From contig JAKIMF020000013.1 of NCBI GenBank assembly GCA_022605425.2, positions 124,001 to 188,000 on the forward strand: DNA of 64,000 nucleotides. The letters are read 5' to 3'. The notes beneath the pieces were generated by a model. The model ran no database searches, was not told where the DNA came from, and saw nothing but the letters and a program-made list of their open reading frames with translations. Origin of the DNA: Hamiltosporidium tvaerminnensis FI-OER-3-3 (lineage: Eukaryota > Fungi > Microsporidia). Shown here in pieces: positions 63,263 to 64,000 of the stretch; position 1 is the first letter of the stretch; each line of letters begins with the position of its first letter. Position numbers and translations under genes: made by a program.

Positions 63263-64000
63263 AAAAAACTTTAATTTAAATATACTTATAGGTCGAAATT
63301 TATTAAATGATTGTATTTTTTTAGGTTTATATTCGGAATTTAACTGATTAAATGATGAAGCTGTTTTTTTATTTTAAATGTATCTTTTTTTTTAGTTTTT
63401 TAAAAAAATGTTTTTTTGAGTTTAAATATTGTATGGAGTTCTGTCTTTGGACACACCGCGGATCTATTTAATAGATATTTTGCTGATTATGTACTAATAA
63501 TTTCAGAAAAAAATAAACTTTCTCTTAATTTAGATCAGAATGTAAATCGTATGAAAAATCAAAATAAGTGAAGTTCCCCCACAACAATTTTTACAATTGA
63601 GGTTACAAAAACATGAATGAATAGCAGAATCTAATTGATGGTAGGACTAAAAAATCATATTATCTATGATTTATTTTTATGAAGTTTTCTTCTATTATAT
63701 AATCTAGTTATATAATGACGAACAGGACGACTCGCTTGTAAATATTTAATTTCATGGAAAAACGCTTGGAACAAATTATATTGTTCCGAGAGGAAATTGA
63801 TCTTAAATGTGTTCAAATAACCTACAAACGAATAACATCGTGCAGCACAATACAAAACATACCAAAATAGTTGATCAATTGAAAAAATCTGCATTAAATA
63901 TTGTTAATGACTGTTAGCCTGTAATAAACGGCAAGAATAGCAGTAATGAATATAGTTTTAAGTTTAATTTTTTAAAATAAAACCTGATCTATACCACCTT

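Overview
Very AT-rich, apparently intronless eukaryotic DNA. The short CCC-motif promoters, SWP12-like spore wall protein and signal-peptide LRR/kinase genes point to a large-genome microsporidian, probably Hamiltosporidium-like (inference). Recognisable host genes: USE1-like SNARE, BRX1, primase large subunit, Nrap/Utp22, Pop5, a kinase with signal peptide and NLS, SWP12, LOA1-like acyltransferase and a 2373-aa HECT E3 ligase. Between them lie frameshifted secreted/LRR genes and many mobile elements: a near full-length REL-endonuclease (R4/R2-type) LINE plus four fragments, a Ginger-type TIR/integrase transposon in two copies, Tc1, Helitron and RTE-like relics, and about eight copies of a ~725-bp non-coding SINE-like element with 14-bp TSDs. 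Main hypothesis: the LINE and its putative SINE partner insert in sense orientation 30-38 nt upstream of start codons (3 of 4 TSD-bounded insertions). The full-length LINE starts at its own ATG with no 5' UTR, suggesting a promoterless, core-promoter-targeting retrotransposon system. All calls are by eye, without database searches.
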